A DNA stretch of 35,389 nt, taken from NCBI GenBank assembly GCA_019310125.1, contig JAFDEW010000004.1, forward strand, positions 1 through 35,389. Reading direction: 5' to 3'. The position numbers and the translations under genes are program-made. The notes under the pieces were generated by a model. That model was not told the origin of the DNA and did not search any database. It saw nothing but the letters and a program-made list of their open reading frames with translations. The DNA comes from Deltaproteobacteria bacterium. GTDB taxonomy: Bacteria > Desulfobacterota > Desulfobacteria > Desulfobacterales > UBA11574. Below are positions 1-9,536 of this stretch, one piece after another (positions within the stretch are counted from its first letter, which is position 1; each line of letters starts with the position of its first letter).

Positions 1-11
1 GTTTCTCTCTT

Positions 12-818
12 TTACCTCACATAGGTTCTTGCACCGGCATACCGGGTCTTGAAATATTTCTTTGACAGTGAGGCGGCACATATTCTCCGGCCTTTCCCCG
101 GTGCATGTATAAATTTATTGCCACCGGTATATATGCCCACATGAGAAACTCTTTTACGTTTGGAGGTAGAAAAGAAAACAAGATCCCCGCTTTTGAGTTG
201 ACCTTTCTTAATGGGAATGCCGGCTCTGTATTGTTCTTTTGACGTACGCGGAAGATTCAGGCCGTTAATCCTGTACACCGCCATGGTAAGTCCGCTGCAA
301 TCAAAACCATGATCCGGTGAGGAACCGCCCCATTGATAGGGAAGACCGATAAAGCGCCTGGCGGTTTCCACAATTTCGTTTCTGAGATAACTTCCGCCAT
401 ATTTCCTCTGCCTTACCACCGCATAATCATGAGGACTTACCAGGTAATACTCATGGATGATTCCCGCGGCACGAATAGTTTCAGCCTTTGCGCGGGCCGC
501 CTGTTTTGAAGGATAATCCCCGAAACGAACCTTATAGATCCCTGTTTTGTGAACAAAATAATAGGCATCCACCCCATTGTCTTCTAATACCCTGGTGAGC
601 CGGATCGCGTTGTCCGGATTTGAAAAGGCGCCTACTTGGATAGAATAGCCCATCACGGCTAATCCTGTTTCCGGCATTTTGGGCTGTGAAGCCCGTGGCA
701 CAACAGGTTTGCCCCCGCAACCCGCTCCCAGCAGGAGGAAAGATACCACACAAAAAACAGGGGTCCATTTCGCCTTAAGCGTTGAGAACCGGCCTTGTCT
801 TTTCAGCGTTTGTTTCAT
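12..818 (-). CDS. SPOR-domain + NlpC/P60 peptidoglycan endopeptidase, lipoprotein
   Basis: Lipobox-like LGAG-C. SPOR-like YSIQVGAFSNPDNA..YKVRFG. NlpC/P60 motifs PYQWGG, FDCSGL, HVGIY, FIHA. Confidence 0.92.
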   Translation of the reverse strand: MKQTLKRQGRFSTLKAKWTPVFCVVSFLLLGAGCGGKPVVPRASQPKMPETGLAVMGYSIQVGAFSNPDNAIRLTRVLEDNGVDAYYFVHKTGIYKVRFGDYPSKQAARAKAETIRAAGIIHEYYLVSPHDYAVVRQRKYGGSYLRNEIVETARRFIGLPYQWGGSSPDHGFDCSGLTMAVYRINGLNLPRTSKEQYRAGIPIKKGQLKSGDLVFFSTSKRKRVSHVGIYTGGNKFIHAPGKGRRICAASLSKKYFKTRYAGARTYVR

Positions 819-1193
819 GGATAGTCCATAACTTTCATTTCCTGGAATCAGTAATTGGGCAAATAAAGGAGGTCAGACTTCATATTTACAAATCCACGAA
901 GCTTCTGTCAAACCAGTTGCAGACTTCAAAAAGCCCTAAAATTAAATAGTCGAAGTGTTCTTATCGCCTATCAGTTGAAATTATAACACAATTTTGAAGC
1001 ATCGAAAAGCCGGAGATGGATACCGGAAAGCACAAGTATTGGATGGATGATTTCAAACTGAAATCCAAACAGTTGCAAGGTGGTGCGGATACAAGATTTA
1101 AGGCAAGGTACCGAGATAACCTCAAGCCAGATCTTTGCTTTATTTTAAGGTACCACCCATTTTAGAGGTATGTTTAAAAAAATCAGAGCACTC

Positions 1194-2621
1194 TCAGGCG
1201 GCTTTTGAAAATACTCTGGACGCGCCGGCTGTCGGAAGGGCCGCCGGCAGTTTAGACGGCTGGACAACTTTGTCGGGCAGTCCGCGGGTTAGCCAGCCAG
1301 ATCGGGAAGCCGTTATCAGTCCCCAGAGCGAAATCCAATACAGGCAGAACAACCAGTAAAAAGCATAGGGAATCGCCCATCTCCATCCGAACCACCCGCC
1401 GTAGCGCTTCTGATATACCAAAGCAGGTAAGGAAGCGCTGATAATACACGCTACCGCCAAGAGAAATAGCGTATGCACGGGAGCCATCAGCAGTTGGGCC
1501 ACCACAACGAATTTGAAGGCTTCGCTTAGGGTCATACGAACAAATTGGGTTGTGCTGAACAGTCGAATCCAGCAACTACCGCTATCAGTGGGTCGAAAAC
1601 GACCGATGATGAAAGTAAGCATCACCAGGTTTTCACGGACGTTACTTCGTGCCCATCTTAACAACATCCTGCGCAGACCCGTGAACGTGTTGGGTATCTT
1701 GGTCAATACCACGGCCTCACGCTGATAAACCACCCGAAAGCCGGAACTTAGGACCAGGTTAGTCATAGCGCGGTCTTCACCGATGGCGGCACGGTGCCCC
1801 ATAAAGGTTTGATGGATCCATTTCGGCAGTTGGGGGGTGATTACATCCGCTCGATAGGCTGAAAGTGCACCGGGCGTACAAAATACCCCACCGTAGACGC
1901 TCTGTCCGGCTCGGATGAAATCAAAGCCGCTGGTAAACGAAACTTCCATCATTTTAGGGATAGCGCCTTGGGCAAGATTCAACACACGCACATTGCCGGC
2001 CACTGCGCCCACACGAGGATCACTGATCAGAGGACTGACCAAATGACGGAGGGTATCGGGCAGCACTTCTGAATCGGAATCAATGGTCACATATACCTGC
2101 CCTATAGCTTGAGCGAACCCGGCCATCAACGCATGGCGTTTACCTCGGTTAACGGGCTGACGAATCAACCGCACTCGCCAGGGAAACTCTTTTTGAGCAG
2201 TTTTCATCCATTCCCACGTATCGTCCTGTGAGCCGTCATCAACACAAATCACCTGCATTTTTTCCATGGGGTACCGACTGTTCATCACCGATCGAACGGT
2301 GGGCAAAATCTGTCGGCCTTCGTTGTAGGCGGGTATCACTATAGTAACCGTGGGCAAGGCACTGTCGGACAGAGGCGCATAGGACCGGTAACGACAGGCA
2401 AACCAAATACGCCAGGCCAACGTAAAAAAAGTAAAGAGAGTTAATCCAACGGCTAAATATTTTATAGTGGACCAGGATTGCACAACCTTCCAGGATTCTA
2501 CAGATTTCAGTACGTCCACCTGCCACCAGGTCAAGGTTATTGCCGATATTAAAGTGAAAAGAAGAAGCCAAGGGAAAAAACTATCCGCCTTGAAGCGGTA
2601 TGAACCATTTGTGTTTACCAT
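1194..2621 (-). CDS. Processive membrane glycosyltransferase family 2 (hyaluronan synthase/NodC-like)
   Basis: IPAYNE, DDGS, DSD, GEDR motifs and MLLRW in place of QxxRW. N- and C-terminal TM segments. GAGG RBS upstream. Confidence 0.9.
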   Translation of the reverse strand: MVNTNGSYRFKADSFFPWLLLFTLISAITLTWWQVDVLKSVESWKVVQSWSTIKYLAVGLTLFTFFTLAWRIWFACRYRSYAPLSDSALPTVTIVIPAYNEGRQILPTVRSVMNSRYPMEKMQVICVDDGSQDDTWEWMKTAQKEFPWRVRLIRQPVNRGKRHALMAGFAQAIGQVYVTIDSDSEVLPDTLRHLVSPLISDPRVGAVAGNVRVLNLAQGAIPKMMEVSFTSGFDFIRAGQSVYGGVFCTPGALSAYRADVITPQLPKWIHQTFMGHRAAIGEDRAMTNLVLSSGFRVVYQREAVVLTKIPNTFTGLRRMLLRWARSNVRENLVMLTFIIGRFRPTDSGSCWIRLFSTTQFVRMTLSEAFKFVVVAQLLMAPVHTLFLLAVACIISASLPALVYQKRYGGWFGWRWAIPYAFYWLFCLYWISLWGLITASRSGWLTRGLPDKVVQPSKLPAALPTAGASRVFSKAA

Positions 2622-2888
2622 ATGTTACCTCTGATTTTATAAAATGTTCCGGAAGGTGATGACCTTTTTAGTATTACCAAATTCTGAGCTGCTTGCCGCC
2701 TAAAACAGGTCTCCGGTGGGGAGGGAGATAGGGTCAAACAGCCTGAACCTATCTGTGTTCATCCATAGAGTCCATAAGCGATGTATAATAAGACATCCCC
2801 CCAAAAAAACAATAGTAAGTTTACCCGGATCGCCACTTTTTTTATGGTTTGTTTCTCCGATTGTTACGATACGAATGGAAAAGGTGAT

Positions 2889-2904
2889 TGCAATAGGTGT
2901 GCCA
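2889..2904 (-). promoter_or_regulatory. sigma54 -24/-12 promoter upstream of the GT2 gene
   Basis: Minus strand reads TGGCACACCTATTGCA (GG-N10-GC), about 270 bp upstream of the start codon. Confidence 0.7.
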
Positions 2905-3151
2905 AGCAGAAGAGCTTCTCTATCTATTTAGTATTAATAGCATTATCGTTTGTTGTTGTATTAATGCATAAGGGATTATGAAGGGAAATACATACAAGTT
3001 CTGTAATAAAAAATTTAAGAGCTACACCTAACTGTCAATAATTATAGTATTTTTATATGAAGGAATTTACATACACCATGGATAGGGCTTGATGGCCCTT
3101 CCTGTAATATCCTATGTTTTCATCAAGTTGTAGAAATTTCGAGACATTGAA

Positions 3152-4447
3152 CTATATCTGAAACTTTAGTTTAAATGACGTGGATAACGCATTGTAGGAG
3201 CTATTCCGGCAAATTTTATCATAATATTGGTCGTATCCTAACTCAAAGGAATAACTACTTTTTGGAAAAAACGAATAGGTGGCGTCCCAACTTAAACCCA
3301 CGGAGGTGTCCAATATCGCCGCATCCTGACTTCCATCAGTATTCCTCGTTTTAGAGTATCCCCCCCTTAAAGATAGATCGACCACATTGAAGATTCGACG
3401 ATAATTAATGGAGAGTGAGGCAGAGGGATTTTCTTTGCGTTCTCCATACCAATATCGATATTCGCCAAAACTTAACGTTGGGGTAATGGTGAGATTGGAA
3501 GCAGGGCGGATAGAGGAACTGATTCTATGCCAGAAGCTTTCAGTTTTTTTATTTGTATCAAACAGCTCCTGGCTATGAGAATATTTTGACGAAGCTGTCA
3601 TGTTAAAGGCCTTGCCTCCACAGTAATACAAAAAACCGGCATGGGTTTCTTTGTGCTTCCCTTGATAGTCTGTGTTGTCGGGTTTGATGCTATCCTCAGA
3701 TTCCTCCCTGGAATGAGAAAAAAAGAAGTTAATGGGCAAGGAATGGATTTTGTATTTCATTTCAAGGCCGTATTTATTGGTCAGATTTTGGGCGTGCAAA
3801 GGGTCGCGATCAACGTTGTCCCAAAACCTCGAGAAAAAAGTTTTTAAACCAATAGCCCCGATTTTTTTTTCTCCCCAAATCTCCACCCCTTGCTGATCGT
3901 TTTGTAAATCAACTTTTGTTTTAGTTTCCGTTTTCTTCTTATAATGGTTAGGATCGTTCAAATTTTTCCCCACATAGCGATACTCCACACCGTAATTAAA
4001 GCCATTTAAGTTTTGTTTTAAACGAAAAATCTCAAGATGCTTATCAGACTCATTGGAAGCTACATTTGACGGAAAGCAGGCCTGATCAAATTCGCAACTT
4101 TTTTGAAAAATATCGATTTCCGGCTTAAACGTTCCAAAAAAGTCAGCCTTTACATGAGATTTTAATAACACACCTTCAGGTCCGTTATAAATTACAACAG
4201 GTTGTAGCAAAGGGTCTTTGGCAGAAAAATCTGATGGATTAATTTGTGAATTTTTTACCGCTGGTTGTTTTTGGCACTGATTCCCGGAACGTTCCGCTGC
4301 TTTTACGGTGTTAACAGGAATGGGAAAGTAAGGATTCCAACACAAGATAACGAAAACCGGAATAAGCCATAGCGCACACAAGCGCACCTTGAAAGAAACT
4401 TCTTTTATGCGGATAAATAATCGTACCATCGTTACGTTAAGATGCAA
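3152..4447 (-). CDS. Exported protein, probable outer-membrane beta-barrel (true start probably slightly downstream)
   Basis: Hydrophobic signal-like N-terminus. Alternating aromatic/hydrophobic strands rich in Y/F/S/G. C-terminus FKLKFQI resembles a beta-signal. Confidence 0.65.
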   Translation of the reverse strand: MHLNVTMVRLFIRIKEVSFKVRLCALWLIPVFVILCWNPYFPIPVNTVKAAERSGNQCQKQPAVKNSQINPSDFSAKDPLLQPVVIYNGPEGVLLKSHVKADFFGTFKPEIDIFQKSCEFDQACFPSNVASNESDKHLEIFRLKQNLNGFNYGVEYRYVGKNLNDPNHYKKKTETKTKVDLQNDQQGVEIWGEKKIGAIGLKTFFSRFWDNVDRDPLHAQNLTNKYGLEMKYKIHSLPINFFFSHSREESEDSIKPDNTDYQGKHKETHAGFLYYCGGKAFNMTASSKYSHSQELFDTNKKTESFWHRISSSIRPASNLTITPTLSFGEYRYWYGERKENPSASLSINYRRIFNVVDLSLRGGYSKTRNTDGSQDAAILDTSVGLSWDATYSFFPKSSYSFELGYDQYYDKICRNSSYNALSTSFKLKFQI

Positions 4448-4667
4448 AAAACGTGCAAAATCTAATAGTTCTATTTGATATTATTAACGTCGATAGATTC
4501 CAAATAGTTATCATAACGTTCCGATTGCATATCTCTAGTATTTGACAATTTCTGTCAAAGAAAGTGCCATCCTCCGTTAGGTTTTAAATTAGTTTTGCGA
4601 AATATAAAGGGAACGGAGAAAAACAACGGGGCTTAAACCTGTATTAGAAACGACCAAACATATTCGC

Positions 4668-5285
4668 CTATTCTATGGGTTTAAATAGCTCTATTGTATT
4701 GGAATCAACAAAATCCGGATCATTTTCTATTGGTCCATATAGTTCGACGGTAGCGGATTCTATTGACGGCAAGTCTGACTCTATCGGCTCAAACATTTCC
4801 GTTACATGGTTTTCCTTCGATGGCTTATCGGATTCAAAGGATGGAACACTTTTTTTGCGGATAAAAGAGGACAGGAAAGAAAGCGTCATGGGTTTGCGAT
4901 ATTTGATTAGATTTTCAGGAATAACGATATTATCATTGATGCTCATTCGGTTAGGATTAAGTTTAGGGTTGGCCTTGGATAAGGCCTTCCAATTTCTCCC
5001 GGAACCGGTATACCATTTTGCGATGATGAAAAGTGTCTCCCCCTTCCAGCGAACCCTGTGCACATAGAAGTTGGGAGCTGGTATGGGTGATGGTGACACA
5101 ACCGCTAAGGGACTCTCAGGAACCAAAGTAGCTGTTTCAGGTTTTTCCGGAACCGGTACAGGGAGCTTTTGTAATTTTGACCGGGAATGTGTTTTTTGGT
5201 AAGTACATCCGGTTAACACACTGAATATGATGAGAACCCGCAGACCCCTGGTTAGCCATATGGCAGACATTATTGTGGGTTTCAT
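4668..5285 (-). CDS. LysM-domain lipoprotein
   Basis: Lipobox LTG-C, Pro-rich linker, LysM-like HRVRWKGETLFIIAKWY...ANPKLNPNRMSINDNIVIP. 4-bp overlap with the upstream gene. Confidence 0.8.
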   Translation of the reverse strand: MKPTIMSAIWLTRGLRVLIIFSVLTGCTYQKTHSRSKLQKLPVPVPEKPETATLVPESPLAVVSPSPIPAPNFYVHRVRWKGETLFIIAKWYTGSGRNWKALSKANPKLNPNRMSINDNIVIPENLIKYRKPMTLSFLSSFIRKKSVPSFESDKPSKENHVTEMFEPIESDLPSIESATVELYGPIENDPDFVDSNTIELFKPIE

Positions 5286-7204
5286 AATTTGCTCTTAAGA
5301 TGGTTTAGATATGTTCGCACTCTTTGATTCTCGGGGTTGATATTCAGAGCCTTTTCAAGATTTTTAATACATTGGTTTGTTTTTCCTTGTTTTTGTTGAA
5401 CCACAGACAGATTGAAAAGGGCTTTGTCAAGATAGTCTGTCCTTGAATCAGTCACGAGAAGAAACATTTTTTCCGCATTCATATAATCCTTTTTTTCCGA
5501 ATAAATAAAGCCGAGATTAAAAAATGTATCAACAGAACGGTAATTAAGGTCTGCGGCGTTTTGGTATGCTTTGGTGGCTTTGGAATAGTCTTTGGATCGG
5601 GTATAAAGCTTTCCCAAATCAAAATGTGCCTCGGCGTTTTGAGGATCAATCTCAATGGCTTTAACTAGTAATCGTTCAGATTCTCTTGGATTTGTCCCTA
5701 AGAGACTGCCTGCCTGCCCTCGGAGAGCCTGCGAATAATACCCTTTAATTTTTTGAATAGTTAGCGGATGTAGGGCGATGATATCTTCAAACAATTCCAC
5801 GGATCGCTTGTAGTTTTTGTTGTTAAGTTCCTCCTTAGCCAGTTCCAGAACAATCGGTTTATTTGTCTTGGATTTGTCGTTGTGGGCTGCGCTTATGGAG
5901 AGAGGTGGTGCAGGCGTAGCACCCCTATCTGTTAATGTTTGTGAGGAAAAATTACGATCTGTTTTGATTGGGGATGATGCAGGCGCGGTGAGCACGGAAG
6001 TTGCTGCTTTCTGAACATTTTCTTTTGAGGATATCCCGTTTTTAGATGGCCCGGTCAGAATCATGACGATGACCGCTACCGTCACGGCAGAGCCCCATAA
6101 AACCATTTTTTTTTGCGTGCTTGAAACGGCAGAGCCCCAGAGAAGTAGTTTTTTTCGCACACGAGCAATTGAAGACTCTTTAACATCTTTGGTAGCATTT
6201 CCCTTATTATATTCTTTTGAATCCATTCTCTTTTCGGTACGTTCTGCTTGTCGAAGAGGGATGGATCGAGCATCTTGATTTGTTGGAGTCTCCATTCCCA
6301 TGCTCATCTGATTCTCAAAAGAATGCTTAACTAAGCGGGGCGAATGTTCATAGTATGACGGCTGGTATGGAAAATTTGAAACTGTGTTATTCTTGCTTTC
6401 ACTGGGGGGACTGAGTTCTTGGGAGCATTCCTCTATGATATCCGGAGTAATCTTTTTTAAACCTCGGACATAACCTGTTAAGAGAGCGTGATCGCAAATT
6501 TTGTTTATCAGTCGAGGATAGCCGTTAGAAAAACGATATACTTCTTGGACTGCCCTTCGCTTAAAGAGTTTCATCTCAGTACCGGCAACTTTCAATCGGT
6601 ATTTAATGTATTCAAAAGTTTCGATTTCTGACAAGGGGTTAATTTGGTAAGTCAGCATGATTCTTTGCCGAAGCGCACGGCATTCTTGTGAAGCCAAGGT
6701 TTGATTTATTTCGTTTTGCCCAACCAAGAATATGTTGATTAGTTTTTTCTCCGGAAGTTCTATGTTTGATAAAAGCCGAATATCTTCAAGAAGTTCTATT
6801 GACAATCTATGGGCTTCATCAATAATCAGAAGAACATTTTTATTATCCAAAAATACTTTATTTAAGAAATGGCTGAAGTAAACAATAAAATCTACTTTGT
6901 TATCAAATTTTTTGGAAATATTGAATGATATTGCAACAAAATTATAGAAATCGATGAGGCTTAAAAAAGGATTTGTTATGTTTGCAACGAGCGTATCGTC
7001 TTGGAGACTTTCTAACAATGCATTAACCAATGTAGTTTTACCCGTACCGACGTCTCCGGTAACAAGCAGGAAACCCTTCTGGTCTATTACACCATATTTT
7101 AAAGTTGCCAAGGCCTCCTTGTGCTTATCGCCAAGCCAAAGAAATTCTGGATCTGTGGTTAACTTAAACGGCTTTTTAACCAAGTTATAGTGAGATAGAT
7201 ACAT
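5282..7204 (-). CDS. ExeA/GspA-family AAA ATPase with TM segment and C-terminal TPR repeats
   Basis: MYLSHYNL..PF..TTDP N-terminus, Walker A GDVGTGKT, Walker B LLIIDEAH, LVGQ, GYPRLIN. TPR-like AHFDLGKLY and FFNLGFIY. Confidence 0.9.
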   Translation of the reverse strand: MYLSHYNLVKKPFKLTTDPEFLWLGDKHKEALATLKYGVIDQKGFLLVTGDVGTGKTTLVNALLESLQDDTLVANITNPFLSLIDFYNFVAISFNISKKFDNKVDFIVYFSHFLNKVFLDNKNVLLIIDEAHRLSIELLEDIRLLSNIELPEKKLINIFLVGQNEINQTLASQECRALRQRIMLTYQINPLSEIETFEYIKYRLKVAGTEMKLFKRRAVQEVYRFSNGYPRLINKICDHALLTGYVRGLKKITPDIIEECSQELSPPSESKNNTVSNFPYQPSYYEHSPRLVKHSFENQMSMGMETPTNQDARSIPLRQAERTEKRMDSKEYNKGNATKDVKESSIARVRKKLLLWGSAVSSTQKKMVLWGSAVTVAVIVMILTGPSKNGISSKENVQKAATSVLTAPASSPIKTDRNFSSQTLTDRGATPAPPLSISAAHNDKSKTNKPIVLELAKEELNNKNYKRSVELFEDIIALHPLTIQKIKGYYSQALRGQAGSLLGTNPRESERLLVKAIEIDPQNAEAHFDLGKLYTRSKDYSKATKAYQNAADLNYRSVDTFFNLGFIYSEKKDYMNAEKMFLLVTDSRTDYLDKALFNLSVVQQKQGKTNQCIKNLEKALNINPENQRVRTYLNHLKSKL

Positions 7205-7297
7205 AAACTCTAGAATTTAATTAGTCTGCTATATAATATCGTGATTGCGAGTGTGACGGAAAATCCACCAACCTGATCAGCGCAACGGCTCCTAATT

Positions 7298-7536
7298 TCA
7301 TGAAATTTTATGTCCAGTTCCCCTAATACCGATAAGGTTTCTGAATCGCGTGTTGAACCTACTCGGTTTTTATTGAAATATATCTATATCAAATGGATGG
7401 ATGGTTTTTAGCCCATTTGTGTCAAGATTTGATAATAACCTGCGTCATGCTCTATTAACGTGTTGAACAATTCATGGGCAGAACTTCCGTCAAAATCACC
7501 AGCCAATTTCAGGTAGAGGCTGTCTTTGGTTTTATC
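7298..7536 (-). pseudogene. Decayed small STAS/anti-anti-sigma-like gene
   Basis: Manual translation: DKTKDSLYLKLAGDFDGSSAHELFNTL..YQI, then a frameshift, then DTNGLKTIHPFDIDIFQ*. No intact ORF. Confidence 0.5.
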
Positions 7537-7932
7537 TTGTCTAATTAAGCGGTTTCTGTTTTTATTATGCAAAATTCATGCAAAATCAGTAAGTTGTAAT
7601 GAATTGGTATGAATATTATACATTATCGGATAGTTATGTTTATCATAAAGAAAAGGCACCGATGCTAATTCGTCGAAAAACATCTAAAATTGTGGAATAA
7701 ATCACATAATATTTATTACATTTATTACACATATTTGTTAAAAACCTAAATCCTTATCTATTACATGGTGGTTGTAATGGATGCAATGTGTCGAGGGAAA
7801 AAAATTGACAAAGAAAATAGCCTAAGATAGGCAAATGGCAAATAACCAACCAATATTAAAAGAAATATAAGAGTTTATCTCGTACAGCCGGCCACTGTCC
7901 CGAATTGGATCTTATTACAGGCTACGAACCTG

Positions 7933-8772
7933 TTATAGCTTAAGCAGTCTTGCAGCGTTCTGTCCGCAAATAGCGTCGATCTCATCTTGCGGCAGCCCGG
8001 TTTTTTCAAGCTCCTTGAAATATCTTGCCGGCTTTATCAACGGAAAGTCACTGCCAAAAAGAATCTTTTCCAGGCCGGCAATCTCTTTTGCATACCGGTA
8101 TATTTGAGGATCATAAAGAAACGGGGATGCTGCCGTATCAAAATATACATTTTCAAGGGATTCTTTTACATCCTTTTTTAAAAGATTGAAAAAGAAAATT
8201 CCGCCGCCCCAATGAGCCAGAACGATTTTATTTTCCGGAAATCTCTTGATAAGATCGTAGATCTGTTTCATGGTATTCGGCGTTTTGCCCGGATAGATGT
8301 GTCCCACCGGTTCATTGGTGTGGATCAAAAAAGGCAGGTCCCTGTTGCGGCAGATTTCCATAAGCGGGACCAACTTATCCAGAGCGGTGTCGTTAATTCC
8401 GGATTCATAGAAAGCGATTTCTCCGATCCCCGAAAGCCCCCCTTCTATACAACGGACAGCTTCAGGAACGGCCTCTCCATGAAACGGGTCAAAACATCCC
8501 AAACCGATAAGCCGCTCCGGGTATCTGGCCACGACTTCCATAATGTAGTCGTTTTGAGCTTGGAATATTTCCTTTGTTTTCCATGGAAAACCAAACACAA
8601 CCGATTTATCGATACCCTGTTCATCCATTGAAGCCACGATCTCTGTTGCACCCACCAGTTTTGACCCGGGTGAACTATATAAAAGCTTGAATGCAGATTC
8701 ATTGGGAAAATATTTTTGTCTGTTTTCACGTATGGCTTTCGGGAAAATATGCGTATGAAAATCTATGATCAT
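7933..8772 (-). CDS. Metal-dependent amidohydrolase family protein (Amidohydro_2-like)
   Basis: IIDFHTH, GIGE, IHT, LAHWGG, YFDT and LFGSDFP motifs. Confidence 0.9.
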   Translation of the reverse strand: MIIDFHTHIFPKAIRENRQKYFPNESAFKLLYSSPGSKLVGATEIVASMDEQGIDKSVVFGFPWKTKEIFQAQNDYIMEVVARYPERLIGLGCFDPFHGEAVPEAVRCIEGGLSGIGEIAFYESGINDTALDKLVPLMEICRNRDLPFLIHTNEPVGHIYPGKTPNTMKQIYDLIKRFPENKIVLAHWGGGIFFFNLLKKDVKESLENVYFDTAASPFLYDPQIYRYAKEIAGLEKILFGSDFPLIKPARYFKELEKTGLPQDEIDAICGQNAARLLKL

Positions 8773-9170
8773 TTTTATCCACCTCTATTCCGGATGATTT
8801 TAAACAAGAACGGTAGGTCCTTTTATTTTTTCCATTACCAGAAGATGTTGATTAATATCATATTATACCTAAATTTTGCAAGCCTTGTATCTGCCGGATA
8901 TACAAGGCACCCATCGTGGAGCCGTTAGGTTATATGTTTTTATCAATTTAAATATGTTTGACATCCACCCCTGTCTGCGTGCGGACACTCACAAGGCCGA
9001 CATCATTTTTATCCACCCTTCCCAGTTCATTCGAAAATTTGTTTAACCGGGCGTCACGCTCATAACAAGTTGCCGACGTTGGCCCAGGGCAAACGCATTT
9101 GAATCCCAATACATGAAGAATGCTCCACGAGGGCGGGTTTCTCTTGGATGTTAGCCGATAAGCTGTTGGC

Positions 9171-9310
9171 TTTACAACCTGTAAAAAAGACTGACACCCA
9201 TTCATTCCAAATTTTAGTAGCTATATTTTTTAAAAACAAAAAAAACCTGCATTATATCAATTGGTTCAGGATATATCTCGATGGGGCTTTATTTTGGTAC
9301 GGTTGTTGCT
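9171..9310 (+). promoter_or_regulatory. sigma54 promoter unit 1 (upstream motif, IHF-like site, -24/-12)
   Basis: TTTACA-N3-TGTAAAAAAGACTGACA (17-mer at 9180-9196). TATCAATTGGTT at about 9255. TGGTACGGTTGTTGCT at 9295-9310. Confidence 0.75.
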
Positions 9311-9536
9311 TTTAAAGAAAGCGGGTGGCTTACCCCCGGATTCTAAATGAAACTAATTGTTCATAACACTCTCGAAAAAAATAAGAATTACAAAAACACA
9401 TTTCGAGCGGTATAACTTGCTAAAAACCGATGATCAGCTTCATGGAATGGGTAAAATTTCGACGGTTATAACTGATTTGCCGGGATAAAGGATCTTATTG
9501 ACCACGAAAGTCGTGGTCTGAAAGGAGGCAACTTCT

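Noticed and set aside
2640-2880. c-di-GMP or other riboswitch in the GT2 leader
   Set aside because: A hairpin is present but I could not match any known aptamer consensus. An Rfam scan is needed.
2716-2981. Two short plus-strand ORFs
   Set aside because: They overlap the sigma54 promoter and leader of the GT2 gene and have no motifs.
8948-9205. 85-aa minus-strand ORF
   Set aside because: No recognisable motif, and it overlaps the promoter-1 upstream motif.
9500-9518. GACCACG-N5-CGTGGTC hairpin before the REC-CBS RBS
   Set aside because: It does not sequester the RBS and has no T-tail, so there is too little evidence for a function.
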